This document shows positions 28,179 through 35,610 of a DNA stretch of 64,000 nucleotides, piece after piece. The notes beneath the pieces were generated by a model. The model did not search any database. It was not told the DNA's origin and saw only the letters and a program-made list of their open reading frames with translations. Positions within the stretch are counted from its first letter, which is position 1; the number at the start of each line of letters is the position of its first letter. The position numbers and the translations under genes are program-made. This stretch comes from Bacillota bacterium (GTDB taxonomy: Bacteria; Bacillota_I; Bacilli_A; RF39; UBA660): assembly GCA_015059195.1 (NCBI GenBank), contig SVAW01000001.1, forward strand, positions 145,575-209,574, written 5' to 3'.

Positions 28179-29011
28179 TGGAAGGTATTATTATAAAAAA
28201 TATTAGTAATGATTATACTGTACGATGCGATAAAAACCATTACACATGTAAGCCTAGGGGGAAATTTCGTAAAGATAAAATTTCTCCTGTTGTAGGTGAT
28301 TATGTAGAAATAGATGAAAAAAACAACTATATATTAGAAATAAAGCCAAGAAAAAATGAACTGATTAGACCTACTGTTTCTAATATAGATCAAGCAGTCA
28401 TAATTATGAGTATTGCTTATCCTGATTTCTCAGATAATTTATTAGATAAATTACTAGTAATATTGGAGTTTAATAATATAAAACCAATTATCTGCTTCAC
28501 TAAATTAGATTTATTAAAAAGCGATGAAAGAGAAGAGGCAAATAATTTTATGAACTATTATAAACATATTGGTTATGAGGTTTATAATAATACAGAATTA
28601 GAAAAAATTAAAAATATATTTAAAGATAAAGTAACTGTGTTTACTGGCCAAAGTGGTGCGGGAAAATCCACACTAATAAATAAACTTAATCCAGAATTAA
28701 ATTTAAAAACTGATGAAATATCTATGGCATTAGGTCGAGGTAAACATACCACTCGTCATGTTGAATTAATTGACTTATATGGTGGCCTAGTTGCAGATAC
28801 CCCAGGATTTTCCAATGTGTCATTTATAGGGATGGAATTATCTGATATTAGAGATAATTTCATTGAATTTAATGAATATCGTGATAAATGCGAATATAAG
28901 GACTGCATGCATAATAACGAAGCTAATTGTGCGATAAAAGAGGCATTAGAGCAAGGCAATATTTTAATGAGTCGTTATAAAAATTATTTGAAATTTACGG
29001 ATAGAAGGTGA
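28178..29011 (+). CDS. rsgA: ribosome small-subunit-dependent GTPase A
   Basis: Circularly permuted GTPase: TKLDL, GQSGAGKSTLIN, DTPGF, and a C-terminal Zn-finger cysteine/histidine set. Confidence 0.9.
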   Translation: MEGIIIKNISNDYTVRCDKNHYTCKPRGKFRKDKISPVVGDYVEIDEKNNYILEIKPRKNELIRPTVSNIDQAVIIMSIAYPDFSDNLLDKLLVILEFNNIKPIICFTKLDLLKSDEREEANNFMNYYKHIGYEVYNNTELEKIKNIFKDKVTVFTGQSGAGKSTLINKLNPELNLKTDEISMALGRGKHTTRHVELIDLYGGLVADTPGFSNVSFIGMELSDIRDNFIEFNEYRDKCEYKDCMHNNEANCAIKEALEQGNILMSRYKNYLKFTDRR

Positions 29012-29014
29012 GTT

Positions 29015-29668
29015 ATGAAAGTATCCGCATCGTTTTTATCTATTAATGATGATTTAGAAAAAAATATTATTAAATTAGATAAAACAACTATCGATTATTT
29101 GCACCTGGATATTATGGATGGAAAATTTGTTAAAAATAAAACATGGGATATAAAAAATATTAAAAAGTTATTAAAAAATACACAAAAACCGAAAGATGTA
29201 CATTTAATGGTTAGTAATATTAAAAAATATGTTAAACAATTTAGAAAATTAAAGCCTGAATATATTACTTTTCATTATGAAGCTACTAAAAATTGTTTTG
29301 CAATGATGGGATTAATCAAAAAATATGGTATTAAGGTAGGGATTTCGATAAAACCCAATACACCGGTAGAAAAATTAAACCCATATTTCAAATATTTAAA
29401 TTTAATTTTAGTTATGAGTGTAGAACCGGGTGAGGGCGGTCAAGAATTTATCCCTGAAACTATAGATAAAATAAAACAATTAGACGTTATAAGAAAAGCA
29501 AATAAATATCAATATTTAATAGAAGTTGATGGTGGAATTAATAACCAGAATATTAATTTATTAAGAGAAAACAATGTTGATATTGTAGTTGCCGGAAGTT
29601 ATATTACTAGTATCAAAGGATACCAAAGAAGAGTGGATAAATTAAAAGCTGATATAACGAAGCAGTAG
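29015..29668 (+). CDS. rpe: ribulose-phosphate 3-epimerase
   Basis: LHLDIMDG, MSVEPGEGGQEF and VDGGIN motifs. Confidence 0.9.
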   Translation: MKVSASFLSINDDLEKNIIKLDKTTIDYLHLDIMDGKFVKNKTWDIKNIKKLLKNTQKPKDVHLMVSNIKKYVKQFRKLKPEYITFHYEATKNCFAMMGLIKKYGIKVGISIKPNTPVEKLNPYFKYLNLILVMSVEPGEGGQEFIPETIDKIKQLDVIRKANKYQYLIEVDGGINNQNINLLRENNVDIVVAGSYITSIKGYQRRVDKLKADITKQ

Positions 29669-29697
29669 TAATTAGATTAGAAATTGATTAATTAGAG

Positions 29698-29728
29698 AAA
29701 CATACAAAGTTAGTTTGTATGTTTTAAT
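29698..29728 (+). terminator. intrinsic terminator after rpe
   Basis: AAACATACAAA-gttag-TTTGTATGTTT; short T-rich tail. Confidence 0.55.
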
Positions 29729-29776
29729 TTGTATATTTTTAAGTTATGTGATAATATATACGGCACTGGTGATGTT

Positions 29777-30727
29777 ATGATTACTTTTAATGAAATTAAT
29801 AAACATGGAATTATTGAACTAGTTAGGGAACATAAGTTTGAATTACATAAAACAATAGGGTTAGATAGCAAATATACTTTTGGTATTGAAATAGAATTTG
29901 AAAAGGCTCCGCTAGATAGCCTAAAAAATACTGGGCATTGGAAATTAGAAGATGAGACGGTTATTTCAAAAAACACAGTCAGTCAAACCTGTGGAGGAGA
30001 ACTTGTTAGTCCCATTTTAACCGACAATCCAAATAGTTGGTTAGAAATTCAAGCAATGTGTAGTGAGTTAGTTAACAATGGTGCAGTAACCTCTGAGTAT
30101 ACTGGTGGGCATATACATATTGGTTCACAAATAATAGGGTCAAACCCAGACAATATTAGAATATTTTTAAAAATGTGGGAATTATTTGAAAGAGAGATTT
30201 ATTATTTTTCTTATGGATATGATGATAGAGCGAGATTAGGCGTTGATAGGTATGCAAAGCCAGTAGGGAAACAATTAAATCGATTGAGAACTAGCAAAAC
30301 CGGATATAATCGTTTTACAACCTTTTACTGTTGGATGAATTATTTCAGAACTCATTATACGGCCAAGTTTGAAGGAGTTAGCTTTAAAAACTTTCGTGGA
30401 TGTGAAATGGATGAGGGTAATACAATAGAAATAAGATGCCCTAATGGCACCTTAAATCCTATAATATGGCAAAACAATGTAAACTTTTTTACTCGTTTAA
30501 TGTTAAGTTGCCGGGCAGACAAGGTTGATGAACAATTGCTAGATTACTTATTGTTTAAAAAGAAATCCAGTGATCTTTGTTTTGAAAATTTTAATATCCC
30601 AGATATTGGTCAAGCAGTTTTATTTAGCAATATGATATATGATGATGAAATAGAACAATTAACGTTTTTAAAGCAATGTTTAAAATTATTTACAGAAGAT
30701 GAAAAAAACAAGAATTATTCACTATGA
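29777..30727 (+). CDS. putative amidoligase (glutamine-synthetase-like, Amidoligase_2 family)
   Basis: Motif series FGIEIEFE, GGELVSPIL, YTGGHIHIG, NTIEIRCPNGTLNP matches the family pattern GxExEf / ElvSp / GlHvHv / tiEfR..gT. Extended -10 TGtGATAAT upstream. The 3' end overlaps sigK by 13 nt, in convergent orientation. Confidence 0.5.
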   Translation: MITFNEINKHGIIELVREHKFELHKTIGLDSKYTFGIEIEFEKAPLDSLKNTGHWKLEDETVISKNTVSQTCGGELVSPILTDNPNSWLEIQAMCSELVNNGAVTSEYTGGHIHIGSQIIGSNPDNIRIFLKMWELFEREIYYFSYGYDDRARLGVDRYAKPVGKQLNRLRTSKTGYNRFTTFYCWMNYFRTHYTAKFEGVSFKNFRGCEMDEGNTIEIRCPNGTLNPIIWQNNVNFFTRLMLSCRADKVDEQLLDYLLFKKKSSDLCFENFNIPDIGQAVLFSNMIYDDEIEQLTFLKQCLKLFTEDEKNKNYSL

Positions 30728-31416
30728 TTCTTGTTTTTTATAAACTCTCTTAGAAGTTTGGTTAAAGCTCTTTTTTCAATTCTAGAAACATAACTTCTGG
30801 AAATTCCTAAATCATTCGCAATATCTTTTTGGGTTGCTTCATCTTGATTGTCTAGTCCATATCTTTTTATAATAATCTTTTTTTCTTGTTCTGTTAACAC
30901 GTTAAAATAGTTCTTTAATAAAGAAATATTATCTTTTGTATGAATGTCCATCGCAAAATCTGGCTTAGGAGTTTTTAAAATATCTAAAAAAGTTATTTCA
31001 TTACCGTCTTTATCAAAACCAATTGATTCGTTAATACTCACATTCTTATTATTTTTTTTGTTATTTCGATAATACATTAATATTTCATTTTCAATACATC
31101 TTGCACAATAGGTAGTTATTCTAGTTCCATGTTTATATGAATATGAATCAATACCTTTGATAAGACCGATAGTTCCAATACTTATTAAATCATCTGTATC
31201 ATCTTTTTTAGTATCATATTTTTTTACAATATGAGCAACTAGTCTCAAGTTGTGTTCAATTAATTTAGCTCGCGCATCTTTATCCCCAACTTTAGCTAGT
31301 TCAATATATCTATCTTCTTCTTCTTTGGAAAGGGGATCAGGAAACAAATTATTCGAGTAAGCAGCACTAAAAATGTAAAAGTCTTTAAACAAAAATTTTA
31401 AAATTTTTTTAAACAT
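30715..31416 (-). CDS. sigK: sporulation sigma factor SigK (pro-sigma-K), uninterrupted
   Basis: SNNLFPDPLSKEEEDRYIEL, ARAKLIEHNLRLVAHIVKKY, DLISIGTIGLIKGIDSY, CARCIENEILMYYR and GISRSYVSRIEKRAL closely follow B. subtilis SigK. A CATACAcT motif (mother-cell -10-like) lies at 31434-31441 on the - strand. Confidence 0.85.
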   Translation of the reverse strand: MFKKILKFLFKDFYIFSAAYSNNLFPDPLSKEEEDRYIELAKVGDKDARAKLIEHNLRLVAHIVKKYDTKKDDTDDLISIGTIGLIKGIDSYSYKHGTRITTYCARCIENEILMYYRNNKKNNKNVSINESIGFDKDGNEITFLDILKTPKPDFAMDIHTKDNISLLKNYFNVLTEQEKKIIIKRYGLDNQDEATQKDIANDLGISRSYVSRIEKRALTKLLREFIKNKNHSE

Positions 31417-31487
31417 AAATCACTCCTTAATAAAGTGTATGCTTTTAGTAATTTAATTGAATTTGTCCGATTAACATTGATGGGTTA

Positions 31488-31516
31488 TTGACAAAATGAA
31501 CTAATAATTATAAAAT
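31488..31516 (+). promoter_or_regulatory. sigma-A-type promoter of pilin-leader copy 3
   Basis: TTGACA 31488-31493, 17-nt spacer, TAAAAT 31511-31516. Confidence 0.6.
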
Positions 31517-31587
31517 TAAAATAGACAAGGAGTAAGATAGTATGGTTAGAGTAATTACAAAAAACAAGTTAACAAAAATAACCAGCT

Positions 31588-31596
31588 GGGGGGGGG
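31588..31596 (+). repeat. G9 homopolymer inside leader uORF (copy 3)
   Basis: Counted directly: cagct ggggggggg tattt. Confidence 0.9.
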
Positions 31597-31632
31597 TATT
31601 TAAGTAACCATACTATAACTAGAAAAATAAAT

Positions 31633-31690
31633 AAACACGAAAGAATTTTAGAAAATCCATCGTTCTAAAATTTGTTTTCGTGTTTTTTTG
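31633..31690 (+). terminator. leader intrinsic terminator, copy 3
   Basis: AAACACGAAA-g-AATTTTAGAA / AATCCATCG / TTCTAAAATT-tgt-TTTCGTGTTT plus T7, ending ~30 nt before the pilin ATG. Confidence 0.7.
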
Positions 31691-31721
31691 TGTACCTTGT
31701 TAAAAATAGGAGGAAAGAAAG

Positions 31722-32636
31722 ATGAAAAAAAGAGGATTTACACTAATTGAATTACTAGCGGTAATAGTAGTACTAGCAATAATAGCGTTAATCGCAACAC
31801 CAATAGTAATGAATGTAATTAGTAATGCACAAAAAGGAGCAGCAGAAAGAAGTGCAGATAACTACGTAAAAGCAGTAGAAACATTAATTGCAACAGAAAG
31901 ATTAGATGGAGAACCAGTAGAGGATGGGACATATGAAATTGATGAAAACGGAAATCTTAAATCTGGTGATATTGAACTTACAGTTGAGTTAAATGGAACA
32001 AAACCAAGTGGAGGAAGTATTGAAATTAAAGATGGACAAGTAGTTAAAAATGAAAGTTCAATTAAGGTAGGAGATTATACAGTAGTCTATAAAGATGGAG
32101 CAGCATCTATTAAAGAATTAGCCAAACTATTAGATGTATGTGAGTTAACAGATGGAGAAGACAATGAAGTAGGAGCAGAGTACAATTGTAACTTAGGAGA
32201 TAGAGATAGAACATTCTATGTATTAGAAGCAGGAACAAGTAGTAAACCAGCAACATTAATATTAGAAGGTAACTATGATACAGAAACGTTAGTGTGGTGT
32301 GTAAGCAAATTTGACAATTCTTGCCAAGCAGAGGGGCCAAATGCTAAACTAGATGCTATAGCCAAAAATTCATGGACTAAACTAGATAGAAGTCAAATAG
32401 GAATACCAAGTGCAAGTCAAATTGTAGTAGCAGATGGAAAAGAGGCCGATGCTTATTTAGAGGCTCCTGATTTAGATAACGAGTGGCTATATGGTGATGA
32501 TTATTGGACATCTACACCTTATACTGGTGACTTAGATAACGTGTGGTATGTTGATTTTAACGGTAGTATGAATTTAGGCATAATTGTTGATGACAGCACG
32601 TGTGGTGTTCGACCAGTAATTTTATTAGACGTCTAA
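31722..32636 (+). CDS. type IV pilin/pseudopilin-like protein with variable C-terminal YWTS...VRPV domain
   Basis: MKKRGFTLIELLAVIVVLAIIALIA prepilin motif. First ~70 aa are ~90 percent identical to 23385-24266. Central block VGAEYNCNLGDRDRTFYVLEAGTSSKPATLILEGNYD is shared with the 5244 cassette. C-terminus DYWTST...CGVRPVILLDV. Confidence 0.8.
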   Translation: MKKRGFTLIELLAVIVVLAIIALIATPIVMNVISNAQKGAAERSADNYVKAVETLIATERLDGEPVEDGTYEIDENGNLKSGDIELTVELNGTKPSGGSIEIKDGQVVKNESSIKVGDYTVVYKDGAASIKELAKLLDVCELTDGEDNEVGAEYNCNLGDRDRTFYVLEAGTSSKPATLILEGNYDTETLVWCVSKFDNSCQAEGPNAKLDAIAKNSWTKLDRSQIGIPSASQIVVADGKEADAYLEAPDLDNEWLYGDDYWTSTPYTGDLDNVWYVDFNGSMNLGIIVDDSTCGVRPVILLDV

Positions 32637-32637
32637 G

Positions 32638-32667
32638 AAAAACTGATAAATTTTATCAGTTTTTTTG
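32638..32667 (+). terminator. intrinsic terminator after pilin copy 3
   Basis: AAACTGAT-aaatttt-ATCAGTTT plus T-run. Confidence 0.65.
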
Positions 32668-32722
32668 TGCTTAAAAAAGGATATTAAGTTTTATTGTTGA
32701 ATATTAGGTATGAGGAGGTAAA

Positions 32723-34162
32723 ATGAAAAAAATAGTTTTTAGTGTTTTTGTGTTTTTAGGACTGATCTATAATATTTCTGCTCAAGAGGTTTATTATTCC
32801 AATTATAGTGAATCAAGAATCTGTTCTACTGAAAATCAAGAATCGTCGGAATTGATAAATGTAGAAGCAGAAAGAAGATATAGATTTTATAGTAATCACG
32901 AGAAAGGAGAATATCATAGTTTATTAGAAGAGAATTCGGGATTTCAATTTGTAGATTTGGATAAAAAAATAGATAGTGAGTATAGCTCTTGGAGTACAGA
33001 AATTCCATTAAATGTAGAAAAACGTGTTATTGAGACTAAAGTTATATATAGTGTAAAACGTCCCAAGCCAATTAAAAATTTTTATATTACAAATACCGGA
33101 GATACTAATATAATTCTAGATAATATAGAAATTTATTTCGACGGGAAAAGTGTTGCTTATAAATCTTCAACAGATTTGGTAGGAGAGCAATATATTATTC
33201 AGAGTGGAGATTATCTAAAATTGAGTTTAAATAGTTATTACGACTTACAAAAAATTATAATTAAAATTGATGAAGCTAATTTTTCACAAGATAATGAACT
33301 TCATATTTCTGCAACAGTTCCTTCTAGCGACGGAACATATTATATCAGCTATTTTAGAGTTAATTTAGATAATACTAATAATAAAAATATTGTGATTTCT
33401 GCGCGCGATTGGATTAGAACGAATGCTCAATATGATGATGAAATCATTTTGGAATATAATCCGGATGAGCCACTATCCATTCTTTCAGAGACAAAATATT
33501 ATCGTTACCAGGATCCAGCATTTTACTTTTATAATATTTATAAAGATTATATAGATGGATATTTTAATGAATATTCGGAATTTATTAAAGATGAAAACGA
33601 TTTTTTAGATTTTTATTGTATTAGAACGAGAGAAAAATTCGAAATAGCAAAAGAAGTAGAAATCGTCGATTATAATCAGAAAATATCAGATTTTATAAAC
33701 TCTACAGTAAATTATACAGTAAAAGGTGATTTTAATATGTATAAAAATGGTATATATTCATTAGAATTTATTACAGATTTTATAACTCTAAAGAAGAATG
33801 TTGTTGTAAATATTAAAGAAAATCTATTACACAATTGTGATAACCAATGTGAAGATATGCGAAAAAATTTAGACGAAACTAACGGAAAATATGAGCAAAG
33901 TATTGAAAAACTAGAAAAATTAAAAATTGAAAATAATAAATTAATTCAAGATATCAACAATTTGTCACAAGTTAATGATATTTTAAGACAAGAACTGAGG
34001 TGTAAAATATGTAGTCTTAACTTAAAAAGTGAAAATCTAAAAACTGATGATGTTAATGCAATAGATAAAGCAAATATAGTATGTTTAGCCCTGATAGTTT
34101 TAGTATTGATAGTATTACTGCTAATTTTTTTGAAAAATTTGTCTAATAAAAATAAGTTCTAA
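32723..34162 (+). CDS. secreted, C-terminally membrane-anchored protein with coiled-coil segment (unknown function)
   Basis: Signal peptide MKKIVFSVFVFLGLIYNISAQE; heptad-rich region (KYEQSIEKLEKLKIENNKLIQDINNLSQVNDILRQEL); C-terminal TM IVCLALIVLVLIVLLLIFL. Confidence 0.6.
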   Translation: MKKIVFSVFVFLGLIYNISAQEVYYSNYSESRICSTENQESSELINVEAERRYRFYSNHEKGEYHSLLEENSGFQFVDLDKKIDSEYSSWSTEIPLNVEKRVIETKVIYSVKRPKPIKNFYITNTGDTNIILDNIEIYFDGKSVAYKSSTDLVGEQYIIQSGDYLKLSLNSYYDLQKIIIKIDEANFSQDNELHISATVPSSDGTYYISYFRVNLDNTNNKNIVISARDWIRTNAQYDDEIILEYNPDEPLSILSETKYYRYQDPAFYFYNIYKDYIDGYFNEYSEFIKDENDFLDFYCIRTREKFEIAKEVEIVDYNQKISDFINSTVNYTVKGDFNMYKNGIYSLEFITDFITLKKNVVVNIKENLLHNCDNQCEDMRKNLDETNGKYEQSIEKLEKLKIENNKLIQDINNLSQVNDILRQELRCKICSLNLKSENLKTDDVNAIDKANIVCLALIVLVLIVLLLIFLKNLSNKNKF

Positions 34163-34224
34163 TTTTGTCGAACATGTATAAAATTAAAATTTCCTGTGCT
34201 AAATTATAATAGCGAGGTGATAAT

Positions 34225-34572
34225 TTGCTAAATATAGGCTATGAATTTCGAAAAGGAATACTATTTATTCGTCTTAGCGGTGTTTTAACTAAGAACACTG
34301 TTGATAAACTCCAAAATGAGGTCACTGATATGATAAAAGATAATGGTATTCGCAATGTTGTATTCAATATTAGTGATTTAAATGTTATTGATATTAAGGG
34401 AATTAATAGTTTGCTCTATAATTATGAACTTTGTAAAAATAATCAAGGTCAAAGCTTACTGTGTGGTCTTAAAAATTCTTTAGTAAGACATAGAATTGAA
34501 AATAGTAGATTATTAAAATATATGAATGAAACGAGTGATGAATTAAGTGCATTTAATATAATAAATTTATAA
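34225..34572 (+). CDS. spoIIAA: STAS-domain anti-sigma-factor antagonist (SpoIIAA-like) lacking the phospho-acceptor serine
   Basis: Aligns along its length with B. subtilis SpoIIAA (ILFIRLSGVL / VLCIRLTGEL). The DSSG motif is DIKG here (34390-34401). TTG start with SD GAGGTGA. Confidence 0.7.
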   Translation: MLNIGYEFRKGILFIRLSGVLTKNTVDKLQNEVTDMIKDNGIRNVVFNISDLNVIDIKGINSLLYNYELCKNNQGQSLLCGLKNSLVRHRIENSRLLKYMNETSDELSAFNIINL

Positions 34573-34582
34573 GGAGAAAAAT

Positions 34583-35248
34583 ATGGACGAAGAATTAGCT
34601 AGACTAATTAAGGAAAATGAAAAATTAATTCACAAAATCACACACTTATTTAGTAATTATTCTAGCAAAGAAGATTTGTTTCAAGTTGGATGCATTGGTT
34701 TAATTAAAGCTTATAATAATTATAGAGAAGGATTTAATACTAGGTTTTCTACATATGCATATTCATATATTTTAGGGGAGATTAAAAAATATATTAGAGA
34801 AGATAAAGGTATAAAAATAAGTAGAGATATTACAAAGCTTAATCTAAAAATTGAAAAGGCCTATTTAGTATTAGCACAAAGATTAATGCGAGAACCAAGT
34901 AAGCAAGAGCTAGCAGAATATTTGGGAATAGCAGAATATTATATAAATGAGGCTATGTGTGCTAACCATGTTTTACAAAGTTTAGATGAACCGATTGCAA
35001 GTGATTCTAAGGAGTTAACTCTTTATGATACTGTATCACGAGTAGAGTCTATGGACATGGATACTTTAATAGCTTTAAAAAGGGAGCTTGCTTTATTAGA
35101 CAAATCGGATTATCAAATTATTAGCGAACATTACTTACAAGATAAAAGTCAAAGTGAAATTGCAGAAAACATGGGACTAAATCAAGTACAAATATCACGT
35201 CGAGAGCAAAAGATTTTATCAAAACTAAAAAATAGACTAGCAGCTTAA
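34583..35248 (+). CDS. sigF: sporulation sigma factor SigF-like (group 3, SigF/SigG/SigB clade)
   Basis: DLFQVGCIGLIKAYNNY, RFSTYAYSYILGEIKKYIRED and GLNQVQISRREQKIL. Located 10 nt after the spoIIAA-like gene. Confidence 0.75.
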   Translation: MDEELARLIKENEKLIHKITHLFSNYSSKEDLFQVGCIGLIKAYNNYREGFNTRFSTYAYSYILGEIKKYIREDKGIKISRDITKLNLKIEKAYLVLAQRLMREPSKQELAEYLGIAEYYINEAMCANHVLQSLDEPIASDSKELTLYDTVSRVESMDMDTLIALKRELALLDKSDYQIISEHYLQDKSQSEIAENMGLNQVQISRREQKILSKLKNRLAA

Positions 35249-35610
35249 TTGTTGTTTAGTCTATTTTTTAATTCTCTTTCTAATGCAGGTAAACCATATT
35301 CTTTATTATAATAGTTTGGATATTCGTTTAAATGTGCTAACGCTATTTTTGCGGTCATTATGGGATCATTATTAGTTACATTAGTACGTTCATTTACTAT
35401 TCCATGCTCTAGTTCAATATTATATCCTGTTATAAAGTCTTGGATTGAGAACTTATCTAAGTGAATATTTAACTTGTTGATTAAGACAACCGCATTTTCA
35501 ATATCTAACCTAAAACCACCTAATATATTGTATAAATTTATTTTCAAATTGATAAAAATAATATATAATTGTTTTAGGAGATGATTATATGACACCACAT
35601 ATTGAGGCAA
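35245..35610 (-). CDS. small conserved hypothetical protein (ELEH...AHLNEYPNYY motif)
   Basis: ORF convergent with sigF. The annotated start overlaps the deoD start region; I could not find an internal start with an SD, so the 5' end is uncertain. Confidence 0.45.
   Translation of the reverse strand: MPQYVVSYNHLLKQLYIIFINLKINLYNILGGFRLDIENAVVLINKLNIHLDKFSIQDFITGYNIELEHGIVNERTNVTNNDPIMTAKIALAHLNEYPNYYNKEYGLPALERELKNRLNNN

Larger units (their letters stand above)
31511..31721 (+). promoter_or_regulatory. pilin-leader element, copy 3 (uORF with G9 tract, then terminator, then SD)
   Basis: SD AAGGAG plus ATG 31542. The uORF 31542-31607 (21 aa, MVRVITKNKLTKITSWGGVFK) stops upstream of the terminator. 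Helix 31537-31548 / 31605-31616. Confidence 0.6.

Noticed and set aside
30715-31416. An interrupted sigK or an intervening element
   Set aside because: The ORF is full length, from the pro-sequence to region 4.2, and collinear with B. subtilis SigK.
31588-31596. G-quadruplex, as in the Neisseria pilE G4, formed by the leader G tract
   Set aside because: There is only one G run (two short runs in copy 2). An intramolecular G4 needs four runs, and no further G runs lie nearby on either strand.
31517-31690. The leader as a member of a known riboswitch class (c-di-GMP-I/II, T-box, preQ1 and others)
   Set aside because: I cannot find the conserved cores of these classes, such as the GEMM tetraloop/receptor, the T-box AGGGUGGNACC, or a specifier/antiterminator bulge. 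There is also no alternative antiterminator pairing with the terminator 5' arm. A new ligand- or protein-binding RNA cannot be excluded.
23172-32300. Programmed excision (skin-like) of the 8.3-kb segment between the direct pilin/leader repeats
   Set aside because: The intervening segment carries core genes (rlmN, prpC, prkC, rsgA, rpe) plus sigK itself. There is no recombinase gene. Homologous deletion is possible but would not be a plausible programmed event.
32110-32340. Antisense ORFs within the pilin repeats (5221-5478, 23773-24153, 32110-32340) that look conserved between copies
   Set aside because: Their apparent conservation is simply a consequence of the repeated DNA on the sense strand. 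They have Leu/His-rich low-complexity translations and no SD.
35541-35610. Divergent overlap of the small - strand ORF with the deoD start as a regulatory arrangement
   Set aside because: The overlap depends entirely on choosing the most upstream ATG of the - strand ORF. The N-terminal 30 codons are low-complexity and probably untranslated, so the overlap is likely an annotation artefact.
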